Below, piece after piece: positions 23,204-32,000 of a DNA stretch of 32,000 nucleotides. The notes beneath the pieces were generated by a model, which saw only the letters and a program-made list of their open reading frames with translations, made no database searches and was not told the DNA's origin. This DNA is from Deinococcus radiodurans R1 = ATCC 13939 = DSM 20539 (GTDB lineage Bacteria; Deinococcota; Deinococci; Deinococcales; Deinococcaceae). The position numbers and the translations under genes were made by a program. Numbering within the stretch: position 1 is the stretch's first letter; every line of letters starts with the position of its first letter. Where the stretch lies: positions 2,383,347-2,415,346 of the forward strand of contig NC_001263.1 in assembly GCF_000008565.1 (NCBI RefSeq), in the 5' to 3' direction.

Positions 23204-23264
23204 GAGGCAGAGGAGGAGGGGAAAAGGAAGCGCAGGCGCCGGGAGCGCGGGCGAAACGCGGCAC

Positions 23265-23293
23265 AAAAGAAAACCCCCGCCACGAGGACGGGG
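23265..23293 (-). terminator. Possible rho-independent terminator after tRNA-Trp
   Basis: On the minus strand, CCCCG-tcctcgtgg-CGGGG is followed by GTTTTCTTTT. Confidence 0.4.
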
Positions 23294-23302
23294 AGTTTAT
23301 TC

Positions 23303-23378
<76 letters not shown>

Positions 23379-23516
23379 TTGCCAATTTGAAGCTGTCATT
23401 TGAAGCACTGCCCGTTTTCAGGCTCAAGTAGGGTAGCAGAGCCGGGGCAGGGGCGCAACCATGCCCCCTAACACGCCCGAGGCGCGCCGCAGCCCCCGCC
23501 GGGCGCCCAAAGCTGC

Positions 23517-23522
23517 TACCTT
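23517..23522 (+). promoter_or_regulatory. -10 box TACCTT for a leaderless ubiE/menG
   Basis: 6 nt upstream of the ATG at 23529. Confidence 0.4.
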
Positions 23523-23528
23523 CCCCCC

Positions 23529-24254
23529 ATGACTGCCGAGAACAGGCCGCCGGTCGGCGACAAACAGGACAAGGGGCAGGCCGTACAGGAGATGTTCGCC
23601 TCCATCGCGCCGCGCTACGACCTGCTCAACCGGGTGCTGAGCCTGGGCGTGGACCGGGGGTGGCGCCGGGCAGCCGCTGCCGAGGCCCTGGCCCACTCGC
23701 CCCGCCGGGTGCTGGACGTGGCGACGGGCACCGGAGACTTTGCCATCGAACTCAAGGAACGTGCGCCGCAGGTGGAAATCGTCGGCTCCGACTTCGTGCC
23801 GCAGATGCTCGACCTCGCCCGCCAGAAAGCCGGGGCAAAGCAGCTCAGCATCCGCTTCGAAGAGGGTGACGCACTGCGGCTGCCCTACCCCGACGCTTCC
23901 TTCGACGCCGTGACCTGTGCCTTTGGCTTCCGTAATTTCGCTGATTACACGCAGGGCCTCGCCGAGATGTGGCGGGTGCTGACCCCCGGTGGGCGGCTGG
24001 TGCTGCTGGAATTTCCGCCCCCTGCGTCGGGACTGTTCGGGGCCGTCTTCCGGCTGTACTTCCAGCATGTGCTGCCGCGCATCGGGGCACTGGTCAGCGG
24101 CAACGCGGGCGCGTACACCTATCTGCCCGAGAGCGTCCTCGCGTTTCCCGAACCCGAGCGGCTGGCGCAAATGATGCGGGCGACGGGCTTTCGCACCCGC
24201 TACCGCGCCCTGACGTTCGGGATTGCGGGCATGTGGGTGGGCGACAAGCGCTGA
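23529..24254 (+). CDS. ubiE: Demethylmenaquinone/ubiquinone C-methyltransferase (UbiE/MenG)
   Basis: 241 aa. FASIAPRYDLLNRVLSLGVDRGWRR and the SAM motif VLDVATGTGD. LVLLEF..P is typical of UbiE. Confidence 0.93.
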   Translation: MTAENRPPVGDKQDKGQAVQEMFASIAPRYDLLNRVLSLGVDRGWRRAAAAEALAHSPRRVLDVATGTGDFAIELKERAPQVEIVGSDFVPQMLDLARQKAGAKQLSIRFEEGDALRLPYPDASFDAVTCAFGFRNFADYTQGLAEMWRVLTPGGRLVLLEFPPPASGLFGAVFRLYFQHVLPRIGALVSGNAGAYTYLPESVLAFPEPERLAQMMRATGFRTRYRALTFGIAGMWVGDKR

Positions 24255-24293
24255 GGCATTAGAGCATTAGACATAAGAACGCTTGTCGTTGTT

Positions 24294-24346
24294 GACCCTC
24301 TCCGCTGGTGGGAGAGGGCTTGCCGAAGGCAGGGGTGAGGGGGTCC
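24294..24346. repeat. Half copy of the structured repeat seen at 3747-3860
   Basis: gaccctctccgctggtgggagagggcttgccgaaggcaggggtgagggggtcc aligns to 3810-3860 at roughly 85% identity by eye. It contains the ccctctcc/ggagaggg hairpin and lies between convergent ubiE and the thioesterase gene. Confidence 0.65.
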
Positions 24347-24373
24347 TTTTCTGTCAAATGCTCTAGGAGCAGC

Positions 24374-24853
24374 TCAAGCCCCCATGCTGATCACGTTGCA
24401 GGTGCAGCGGCACAGCGAGGTCGTGCGGCCCTTCTCGTCCTTCATCTCGATTTCCCAGACCATCAGCGAGCGGCCCCGGTAGCTCAGGCGGGCCTCCGCC
24501 GTGACGTGCCCCTCCGACACGCCGCGCACGTGGGTGCCGTTGAGGTCCACGCCCACCGCCACCTGCCGCTGCGGGTCGAGGTTGAGCCATGAGCCCACGC
24601 TCGCCAGTTCCTCTGCAAGCGCGAGAGTGGCGCCGCCGTGCAGCCGTCCGGCGGGCTGGCGGTTGCCCTCCACCGGCATGGTCGCCACCACCCGCTCACG
24701 CGCCATGCTGACATACCGGATGCCCAGGCGAGCGCCCAGCGTGCCCGGCAGACCCTGGCCCTCGGGACCATTCATGCGGGCGGCGAGGGCCTCGGGGCTG
24801 AGCTGCTCGAAATCCTCGGGGGACGGGAGCGCCAGATCGGGGTGCAGCGTCAT
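24374..24853 (-). CDS. PaaI/YbdB-type hotdog-fold acyl-CoA thioesterase
   Basis: 159 aa. The GRLHGGATLALAEE motif is typical of 4HBT/PaaI thioesterases. Confidence 0.88.
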   Translation of the reverse strand: MTLHPDLALPSPEDFEQLSPEALAARMNGPEGQGLPGTLGARLGIRYVSMARERVVATMPVEGNRQPAGRLHGGATLALAEELASVGSWLNLDPQRQVAVGVDLNGTHVRGVSEGHVTAEARLSYRGRSLMVWEIEMKDEKGRTTSLCRCTCNVISMGA

Positions 24854-24859
24854 GGCCCC

Positions 24860-24865
24860 ATGCTA
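24860..24865 (-). promoter_or_regulatory. -10 box TAGCAT for a leaderless thioesterase gene
   Basis: The complement of atgcta lies 6 nt upstream of the ATG at 24853. Confidence 0.4.
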
Positions 24866-24895
24866 GACGAGCAGCGGGGGCGCGGTCAGCACCTT

Positions 24896-25450
24896 CTAGC
24901 CTTGCCGCTTGCTGAGGGTGGCCCCCACGCCGAGGCCGTGGCCGTAGACGAGTTGTCCGCCGAGCAGCCCGGCAACGAGCGCCGCGCCCAGTCCCGCGCC
25001 CGACAGCGCTTTACCGAGGGTGCGCTTACCCTTGTGCCGGGCGAGGAGCGACGCGCCCGAGAGCAGAAACGCCGTTTCGCCCAGAGTCCCGTGAATCAGG
25101 CCGGTGCGGCGGGCCTGCCGCCGGGTGTTGCTCCAGTCGGTCCAGCCCGCCGCGATGGTCGGCACCGCGCCGATGGTGGCGAGCAGCAGCGCGAGGTCAG
25201 CGGCGCGCTCGGTTTGTTCGTCCCCTCCGGGCAGGAAATCCAGCAGGGCCGCCACCATCCAGCCCCCCAGCGGCAGGTGCACGAGCGCCGGGTGCAGGGG
25301 GTGGCCCTGGGGATCGCCGTGCAGAGCCGACACCACGCCCTCCGGCAGGTAATCCAGCGCGGCGCGCAGGACGGGTTGCAGTTCTTCTGCCAGCGTCTCC
25401 ACCGTGTCGTGATTGCTCAGGCGGTCTTCCAGTTGATCGGTCAGGGTCAT
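24896..25450 (-). CDS. DUF2231-like integral membrane protein
   Basis: Internal start MTLTDQLEDRL of track ORF 24896..25534. HPALVHLPLGGWMVAALLDFL plus three further TM segments. Confidence 0.75.
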   Translation of the reverse strand: MTLTDQLEDRLSNHDTVETLAEELQPVLRAALDYLPEGVVSALHGDPQGHPLHPALVHLPLGGWMVAALLDFLPGGDEQTERAADLALLLATIGAVPTIAAGWTDWSNTRRQARRTGLIHGTLGETAFLLSGASLLARHKGKRTLGKALSGAGLGAALVAGLLGGQLVYGHGLGVGATLSKRQG

Positions 25451-25505
25451 GCCCCAGTGTCGGCGTTGGCAGGCAGCGGAGGCTGAGCGGCAGATCAAGT
25501 GAGCT

Positions 25506-26429
<924 letters not shown>

Positions 26430-26435
26430 GGAGAC

Positions 26436-26441
26436 AGGGTA
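26436..26441 (-). promoter_or_regulatory. -10 box TACCCT for a leaderless COG0523 gene
   Basis: The complement of agggta lies 6 nt upstream of the ATG at 26429. Confidence 0.4.
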
Positions 26442-26541
26442 GAGCCGCCTGCCCAGGCTCCGAAACACCCGAGCATTTTTAAGCTGTTTTCTCTGTCCTC
26501 GCTAAGCGTTCTGGCGCAACATTTTCCTGACCCGAGGCGCC

Positions 26542-26547
26542 TACACT
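26542..26547 (+). promoter_or_regulatory. -10 box TACACT for a leaderless HNH gene
   Basis: 5 nt upstream of the ATG at 26553. It is part of a 17-nt module repeated at 27214. Confidence 0.4.
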
Positions 26548-26552
26548 GAGGC

Positions 26553-27113
26553 ATGAACACTGCCGCTGGCCGGAAGGAGGACATCCGAATACCCCCGCGC
26601 GTCGCGCCGGACCTCAACGCCCCGCGTGTGCTGGTCCTGAACGCGTCGTACGAGCCCTTGCAAGTCACGAGCATCAAGCGGGCCATCACCCTCTTGCAGT
26701 ACGGGGTGGCCGAGGTGCTGGAGCAGAGCCGCGACGTGGTGCGCTCACCGAGCACGGTCATGTCGGTGCCCAGCGTCATCCGGCTGCGCCGGTACGTGCG
26801 CCGGCCCCGGGTGGGCGCGGTGCCGTTCAACCGCCGCAACGTGCTGCGGCGCGACCACTTCACCTGCCAGTACTGCGGCAGCCAGGACGACCTGACGATG
26901 GACCACGTCCACCCCCGGTCACGCGGCGGCAAGCACGGCTGGGACAACGTGGTCACCGCCTGCCGCACCTGCAACCAGCGCAAGGGCAACCTGACGCCCG
27001 AAGAAGCCGGGATGCCGCTGCACGTGCCCCCGCACGCGCCGACCTTCGGGGTCTACGCGCACGGCCAGTTCGCCCACTGGCAGCCGGAGTGGAGCGGGTA
27101 CATCCGGGGCTGA
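26553..27113 (+). CDS. HNH endonuclease (McrA-like, conserved stand-alone type)
   Basis: 186 aa. CQYCG...DHVHPRSRGG...NVVTACRTCNQRKG is the HNH motif with two CxxC pairs. Confidence 0.88.
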   Translation: MNTAAGRKEDIRIPPRVAPDLNAPRVLVLNASYEPLQVTSIKRAITLLQYGVAEVLEQSRDVVRSPSTVMSVPSVIRLRRYVRRPRVGAVPFNRRNVLRRDHFTCQYCGSQDDLTMDHVHPRSRGGKHGWDNVVTACRTCNQRKGNLTPEEAGMPLHVPPHAPTFGVYAHGQFAHWQPEWSGYIRG

Positions 27114-27142
27114 GGGGGCCGGGCGACCCGTCTTGAAGTCAA

Positions 27143-27168
27143 ACTCCGTCTCCTTTTGGGGGCGGAGT
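27143..27168 (+). terminator. Possible terminator after the HNH gene
   Basis: actccgtc (27143-27150) pairs with ggcggagt (27161-27168), including one G-U pair. 10-nt loop, followed by CTTGCTGTCT. Confidence 0.4.
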
Positions 27169-27213
27169 CTTGCTGTCTGGCGATACGCTCACACCGTAAT
27201 CTTTCCCAGGGCG

Positions 27214-27219
27214 TACACT
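27214..27219 (+). promoter_or_regulatory. -10 box TACACT for the dnaX transcript
   Basis: 72 nt upstream of the dnaX ATG and 6 nt upstream of a GTG (27226) that opens a 22-codon uORF. Confidence 0.35.
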
Positions 27220-27290
27220 GAGGCAGTGAACGGGACCGTGACGCATCAGCACCAGTTTCAGGCGTCCTCCCCCCCCAGCCGGAGGCGCCC

Positions 27291-29138
27291 ATGAGCGCCA
27301 TCTATCAGCGGGCGCGGCCTATCCGCTGGGAAGATGTCGTGGGCCAGGAACACGTCAAGGACGTGTTGCGCACCGCGCTGGAGCAGGGGCGCATCGGGCA
27401 CGCCTACCTGTTTTCCGGGCCGCGCGGGGTGGGCAAGACGACCACCGCCCGCCTCATCGCCATGACCGCCAACTGCACCGGGCCTGCGCCGAAGCCCTGC
27501 GGCGAGTGCGAAAGCTGCCTTGCGGTGCGGGCCGGGTCGCACCCCGACGTGATGGAAATCGACGCAGCGTCGAACAACTCGGTGGACGACGTGCGCGACC
27601 TGCGCGAGAAAGTCGGGCTGGCAGCCATGCGCGGCGGCAAAAAGATTTACATCCTCGACGAAGCGCACATGATGAGCCGCGCCGCCTTCAACGCGCTGCT
27701 CAAGACGCTGGAAGAGCCGCCTGAGCACGTCATCTTCATTTTGGCGACCACCGAGCCGGAAAAAATCATTCCGACCATCCTCTCGCGCTGCCAGCACTAC
27801 CGTTTTCGCCGTCTGACCTCCGAAGAAATCGCGGGCAAACTCGCCGGCCTCGTCACGCTGGAAGGGGCCAGCGCCGACCCTGACGCGCTGAACCTCATCG
27901 GGCGCCTCGCCGACGGGGCCATGCGCGACGGCGAGAGCCTGCTCGAACGGATGCTGGCGGCGGGCACGGCGGTGACGCGCCCGGCGGTGGAAGAAGCTCT
28001 GGGGCTGCCCCCCGGCGAACGGGTGCGCGGCGTGGCGTCGGCGCTGCTTGTGGGCGACGCGGGCGAGGCCATCTCAGGTGCGGCGCAGCTCTACCGCGAC
28101 GGTTTCGCGGCCCGCACGGTGGTCGAAGGGCTGGTGGCCGCTTTCGGGGCCGCGCTGCACGCCGAACTGGGCCTGGGCGAAGAAGGCCGACTGGAAGGCG
28201 CCGAGGTGCCCCGGCTGCTGAAGTTGCAGGCCGCGCTCGACGAGCAAGAAGCCCGCTTCGCCCGCAGCGCCGACCAGCAGAGCCTGGAACTGGCGCTGAC
28301 CCACGCTTTGCTTGCCGCCGATGGGGGCACGGGAGGCGGTGCGCCGAGTCTGGGCTCTGCCGCCACGTCCGCCCCGGCGCAGGTGCCCGGCGACCTGCTC
28401 CAGCGGCTCAACCGACTGGAAAAGGAATTGTCCACACTCCGCAGCGCTCCCCGTGCGGCGGCTCCTGCTTCGGCAGTCCCGGCGGCCCCAGCGGAAAAAC
28501 GTGGCCCGGCCCCGGCGCGCGAAGCCGTGCGTGAGGCGGCAGCGTCCATTGCTCCGGCAGCGGCGCCCACGCAGGGCAGTTGGGCCGACGTGATGGCGCA
28601 GACGACCATGCAGATGCGCGCTTTTCTCAAACCGGCGCGGATGCACGCGCAGGACGGCTACGTCAGCCTGACCTACGAGGACCGCAGCAGCTTTCACGCC
28701 AAGCAGGTGGCGGGCAAGTTCGACGAACTCGCGGCGCTGGTGGAGCGCGTGTTTGGCCCCATCACCTTCGAACTGATTGCCCCCGAAGGTCTAGGCCGCA
28801 AGCGTGAAGCCGGGAGAGCAGGCGGGAGTCAGGCTGCCGCGTCTGCCCCGGCACCCACACTGAACCCGGCACCGACTCGCTCCACTCCGGCCCCCAAAGC
28901 CGACGCCCCTGTCGAGATTCCCGACTTCGACCCCTCTCCGCGCCGCAGTCGCCGGGGACCGGAGTTCGAGCCGGTGACGGTGGGCGCCGCTCAGCCGCAG
29001 CCCGTCGCTGCTGCCCAGACCGCCAGCACCCAGACCCCCGGCACTCAGACGGCCAGCGCCCCACCGCCCAGCCTGCCGCCGCGCCCCCCGGCCCGGCCCA
29101 GTGGGACTCGCCCGTGCGCCTGCGGCCCGGCAACCTGA
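27291..29138 (+). CDS. dnaX: DNA polymerase III subunit gamma/tau (zero-frame product, 615 aa)
   Basis: GGAGG 5 nt upstream. Clamp-loader motifs: GPRGVGKTTTARL (Walker A), zinc module CGECESC, ILDEAHM, SRC. Low-complexity Ala/Pro C-terminal region. The frame ends at a TGA at 29136-29138. Confidence 0.93.
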   Translation: MSAIYQRARPIRWEDVVGQEHVKDVLRTALEQGRIGHAYLFSGPRGVGKTTTARLIAMTANCTGPAPKPCGECESCLAVRAGSHPDVMEIDAASNNSVDDVRDLREKVGLAAMRGGKKIYILDEAHMMSRAAFNALLKTLEEPPEHVIFILATTEPEKIIPTILSRCQHYRFRRLTSEEIAGKLAGLVTLEGASADPDALNLIGRLADGAMRDGESLLERMLAAGTAVTRPAVEEALGLPPGERVRGVASALLVGDAGEAISGAAQLYRDGFAARTVVEGLVAAFGAALHAELGLGEEGRLEGAEVPRLLKLQAALDEQEARFARSADQQSLELALTHALLAADGGTGGGAPSLGSAATSAPAQVPGDLLQRLNRLEKELSTLRSAPRAAAPASAVPAAPAEKRGPAPAREAVREAAASIAPAAAPTQGSWADVMAQTTMQMRAFLKPARMHAQDGYVSLTYEDRSSFHAKQVAGKFDELAALVERVFGPITFELIAPEGLGRKREAGRAGGSQAAASAPAPTLNPAPTRSTPAPKADAPVEIPDFDPSPRRSRRGPEFEPVTVGAAQPQPVAAAQTASTQTPGTQTASAPPPSLPPRPPARPSGTRPCACGPAT

Positions 29139-29652
29139 ACTCCGCCTGCCCGACCCGCCCAGCCCCGACGACGTGGCCCCCGCGCCGCTGCCTGGGAACG
29201 AGGCCGCGCCCTGGCAGGACGAGCACGCCGCCGAGCCGCCCCCTGCCCCCGCCGACGCCCAGGGCGGTGACCGGGTGACGCCGCCGGGCCAGAGCCGCGA
29301 ACTGTACCTCGGCGAAGTGATTACCGAGGAACCCGACTGGGACAGCTTCGGCGCCCCGGTGCTGGACGACGTGGAAGCGAGCGGCGCCGCGCTGCTGGAC
29401 GACGCCCCCTTCGCCGAGTACAGCGCTCCGCGTCCGGCACCCAAACCGGCCCCCGCCCCGCGTGAGACGGCGAACGCTCGGCCTGCCGCGCCCGCCCGGC
29501 CCGGTGACATCCGTGCCCACCCGATGTTCGAGGACATCAAGGGCCGGTTTTCAGGCCGGGTTCGCGAAATCGGCAAGAACCGCCGGGTGCAGGCGGACAG
29601 CAGCGACGCCGATGGAGAAGCCGACGAGAGCGAAGACACCGCCGAAGCCTGA
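29101..29652 (+). CDS. dnaX: Probable C-terminal segment of tau lying in the +1 frame relative to dnaX (track ORF; this frame is open from 28978)
   Basis: GC3-rich, acidic, with AHPMFEDIKGRFSGRVREIG, which resembles the conserved extreme C-terminus of long DnaX proteins (from memory). It overlaps the end of the zero-frame dnaX ORF. Confidence 0.55.
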   Translation: MGLARAPAARQPELRLPDPPSPDDVAPAPLPGNEAAPWQDEHAAEPPPAPADAQGGDRVTPPGQSRELYLGEVITEEPDWDSFGAPVLDDVEASGAALLDDAPFAEYSAPRPAPKPAPAPRETANARPAAPARPGDIRAHPMFEDIKGRFSGRVREIGKNRRVQADSSDADGEADESEDTAEA

Positions 29653-29713
29653 GCCCGCCCCGACCCCTTCCCATCCACCCGTCAGGCCCCTGCGCTAGCC
29701 TGCGCGCTGAGCT

Positions 29714-31678
29714 ATGCCTGCGCCCTTTTCCCGCCGTCTGTGGTTTTCCCTGATTCTCGCCCTGGCGCTGCCGGCGCAGGCCCAGGAAACTGCTCCCCCA
29801 CCCGTTCCCGCGCCGCCGATCACGGCTCCTCCCGAGCCGGTTCCGCCGGTCAGCGAGCCGCCCCCCCCGGCGACCCCCCCCGTTGCCGATCCGGTCCCAG
29901 AACCGACCCCGCCCGAGGCGCCTCCGGCAGCGGACCCGGTGCCTGCTCCACCAGCACTCGTTCCCCCGGCCCCTGTCCCACCAGCGCCTGTTCCACCGGC
30001 ACCCGTCAGCCCGGCGCCGCCCGCTCCGGCGGTTCTCACCCCGCCGCTTCCAGTGCCCACGCCCCCACTGCCCGAAAAGCCGGTGGTCGTCGAGGTGCCC
30101 GCCGGGCCTCCCGGCAGCACCCTGCGCGGGCTGTGGGTGGACGCCTTCGGGCCCGGCCTCAAGACGCGGGCGCAGGTGCAGCAGACGGTGAACGACGCAG
30201 TGGCGCTCGGCGTGAACACCCTGTTCGTGCAGGCGATTCGGCGCGGCGATTGCCTGTGCATGAAAAGCGGGCTGCCGCTGATAACCGATCAGGCGCTTGA
30301 AAAGAACTTCGACCCCCTCGCCATCGTCACCAAGCTGGCGCACGAGCGCGGAATCAAGGTGATTGCCTGGGCGAGCGTCACCGGCATCGCCAACGCCGCC
30401 GTGCCGAGCACCGCCCCCGGCCACGTGATGAAAACGCACGGCCCGAGCAGCGGCGCGCAGTCCTGGCTCGCCCGCCGTCCCGACGGAAGCTGGCTCGAAG
30501 GCAAAGACGGTTGGCTCGACGCCGGCATTCCCGACGCCGCCGAATTTATGGCCCAGAGCGTGGTCAATCTGGTTCGCAACTACCGGGTGGACGGCATCCA
30601 ACTCGACCGCATCCGTTACCCCGACGGCGGCGACTGGGGCTACGACCCCAAGACGCTCACCCGTTACCGCGCCGAAACCGGAGCGGCGGGCACCCCGGCG
30701 GCGAGCGACCCGCGCTGGCAGGCGTGGAAGCGCGAGCAGATCACTGCGCTGGTCCGCCGCATCGCGCTGGAGGTCAAGAGCGTGCGCCCCGACGCGTGGC
30801 TGAGCGCCGCGACCATCACCTATGGGGCGCCGCCCAAGCCGGGCGACCTCGCCGCCTTTACCCGCTCGCGCACCGTGACCGACGTGATGCAGAACTGGCC
30901 GGAATGGGTACGCGACGGCCTGATCGAACTCAACGTGCCCATGAACTACAAGCGCGACGGCGTGGCCGAGCAGGGCGCGTGGTTCAACGGCTGGAACGCC
31001 TTTGCCGACAGCGTGCGCGTCCGCGCCGACCGGCAGCCGAGCGCACTGGCGGTGGGGTCCGCCCTGTACCTCAACTCGCCCCCGGTGAGTGCCGCGCAGG
31101 CTGGGCGCAGCGTGGCGAGCGGCCTGGGCTGGGTGGGCTACTCCTACCGCACGCCCACCCTGAACGTGTATGAGGGCAAAGAAAGCATGGCGCAGGGCCT
31201 CAAAGCCGTCGGCAGTGCCCTGAGCGCCCGCCCCGAGGTTCTGCCCGCCGAGCAGCGCTGGGAGGACGCCGCTCCGAGCAGCCGGGGGCTGATGGGCCGC
31301 ATCCGGGGCGCCGCCGTGCTGGGCAGCCGCCCCGTGGAGGCGTGGCAGGGCGGGGTGCGGGTGGCGCAGTCGCTCACCGACGGCAACGGCTACTACGGCT
31401 TTTTGACCCTGCCCGCCGGCAAGACCGAAATCCGGGTGGGGGGCCAGCGCTGGGCCGACACGGTGCCCGAACGCGGCGTGGTCCGCCTGCCCGACCTCGT
31501 GCTGCGCGACCTGAAGCCGGCGAGCGCGCCTGCCAGTGCCCCAGTGGCTCCTGCCACTCCTGCGCCAGCCAAGCCGACGGTGAAACCCGCCACCAAGTCC
31601 GCCCCAGTCAAGCCCGCCACCGTCAAGCCGACAGTCAAACCGGCCACCATCAAACCCACGAAGCCGGGGAAGCGCTGA
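29714..31678 (+). CDS. Secreted glycoside-hydrolase-like family 10 (GHL10/DUF187, YngK-like) protein with a Pro-rich linker and a Lys/Pro-rich tail
   Basis: 654 aa. Signal peptide MPAPFSRRLWFSLILALALPAQA, ~110 aa of PAPVP-type repeats, a TIM-barrel-like core (RGLWVDAFGPG, NTLFVQ, VDGIQLDRIRYP), a CarboxypepD_reg-like beta module (TDGNGYYGF) and KPxxKP repeats. Confidence 0.85.
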   Translation: MPAPFSRRLWFSLILALALPAQAQETAPPPVPAPPITAPPEPVPPVSEPPPPATPPVADPVPEPTPPEAPPAADPVPAPPALVPPAPVPPAPVPPAPVSPAPPAPAVLTPPLPVPTPPLPEKPVVVEVPAGPPGSTLRGLWVDAFGPGLKTRAQVQQTVNDAVALGVNTLFVQAIRRGDCLCMKSGLPLITDQALEKNFDPLAIVTKLAHERGIKVIAWASVTGIANAAVPSTAPGHVMKTHGPSSGAQSWLARRPDGSWLEGKDGWLDAGIPDAAEFMAQSVVNLVRNYRVDGIQLDRIRYPDGGDWGYDPKTLTRYRAETGAAGTPAASDPRWQAWKREQITALVRRIALEVKSVRPDAWLSAATITYGAPPKPGDLAAFTRSRTVTDVMQNWPEWVRDGLIELNVPMNYKRDGVAEQGAWFNGWNAFADSVRVRADRQPSALAVGSALYLNSPPVSAAQAGRSVASGLGWVGYSYRTPTLNVYEGKESMAQGLKAVGSALSARPEVLPAEQRWEDAAPSSRGLMGRIRGAAVLGSRPVEAWQGGVRVAQSLTDGNGYYGFLTLPAGKTEIRVGGQRWADTVPERGVVRLPDLVLRDLKPASAPASAPVAPATPAPAKPTVKPATKSAPVKPATVKPTVKPATIKPTKPGKR

Positions 31679-31688
31679 GGCGCCTGAG

Positions 31689-32000
31689 CTACCTGAGCAC
31701 TCCTGCGCCAATCACCGCTGCCCCCAGCACCACCGCCCACGCCGGCAGCTTGCCCGCCGTCAGCGCGGCGTAGGCGAGCAGCACCAGCGCGAGGTCACGC
31801 GGGCCGTGCACCGCCGCTGTGAACACCGGGTCGTACAGCGCGGCGAGCAGCAGGCCGACCACCCCGGCGTTCAGGCCCCCCAGAGCGCGGCGGGTGCCCG
31901 GCCTGCGCGACAGCTCGGCCCATAACGGCAGGGCACCGAGCATCAGCAGCAGGCCCGGCAGAAAGATGAACACCGTGCCGAGCGCGGCCCCCAGCAGCGG
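31689..32000 (-). CDS. chrA: Chromate transporter (ChrA family), C-terminal part; the 5' end runs off the right edge
   Basis: The frame is open to the window edge. ...PLLGAALGTVFIFLPGLLLMLGALPLW...GLNAGVVGLLLAALYDPV... matches the ChrA repeat. Stop is TAG at 31689-31691. Confidence 0.8.
   Translation of the reverse strand, partial: PLLGAALGTVFIFLPGLLLMLGALPLWAELSRRPGTRRALGGLNAGVVGLLLAALYDPVFTAAVHGPRDLALVLLAYAALTAGKLPAWAVVLGAAVIGAGVLR

Noticed and set aside
23379-23440. Direct 9-bp repeat (atttgaagc x2) and a possible TTGAGC/TTCAAAT promoter upstream of tRNA-Trp.
   Set aside because: The hexamers are weak matches and the spacing is ambiguous. There is not enough support to call a promoter without TSS data.
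27114-27290. SRP (4.5S) RNA, which precedes dnaX in some bacteria.
   Set aside because: No GGAAGGAAGCAGC-type domain IV motif or long helical hairpin is present. The region is better explained by an HNH terminator hairpin plus the dnaX promoter and leader.

Overview
32-kb, high-GC (roughly two-thirds G+C by eye) chromosomal segment. Its proteins, leaderless-type promoters and small structured repeats look like a Deinococcus genome; LuxS, PaaABCD, the amidase and DnaX resemble D. radiodurans from memory, which I cannot verify here. Content is mostly housekeeping: the phenylacetate epoxidase operon paaABCD plus paaN, luxS, lspA, a GlsB/YeaQ stress protein, thrB, a VWA protein, a large beta-barrel-like envelope protein, an EamA transporter, an AMIN-domain cell-wall amidase, an NhaP-type antiporter with a divergent TetR regulator, surE, a PPOX-family flavoprotein, corA, MmcQ/YjbR, small membrane proteins, an ABC exporter, tRNA-Trp, ubiE/menG, a hotdog thioesterase, DUF2231, a COG0523 GTPase, an HNH endonuclease, dnaX, a secreted GHL10/DUF187-like protein and the end of chrA. 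The stand-out is a ~1-kb AT-rich single-gene insertion (28-40% G+C in hand-counted lines) between paaD and paaN. It encodes a zinc-ribbon plus HEPN-like (RNRAAH) protein, a candidate stand-alone RNase toxin or abortive-infection module. Other points: three reading-frame lesions (a +1 break in dnaX, a -1 break in corA, and an in-frame TGA in a PH-like membrane protein gene coupled to the ABC exporter); a tandem-duplicated PaaB; a PaaR-type operator; two copies of a MITE-like structured repeat; a coding 15-bp tandem repeat; and TANNNT boxes 5-10 nt upstream of many start codons. Many long ORFs in the supplied track are antisense or GC artefacts and were not called.
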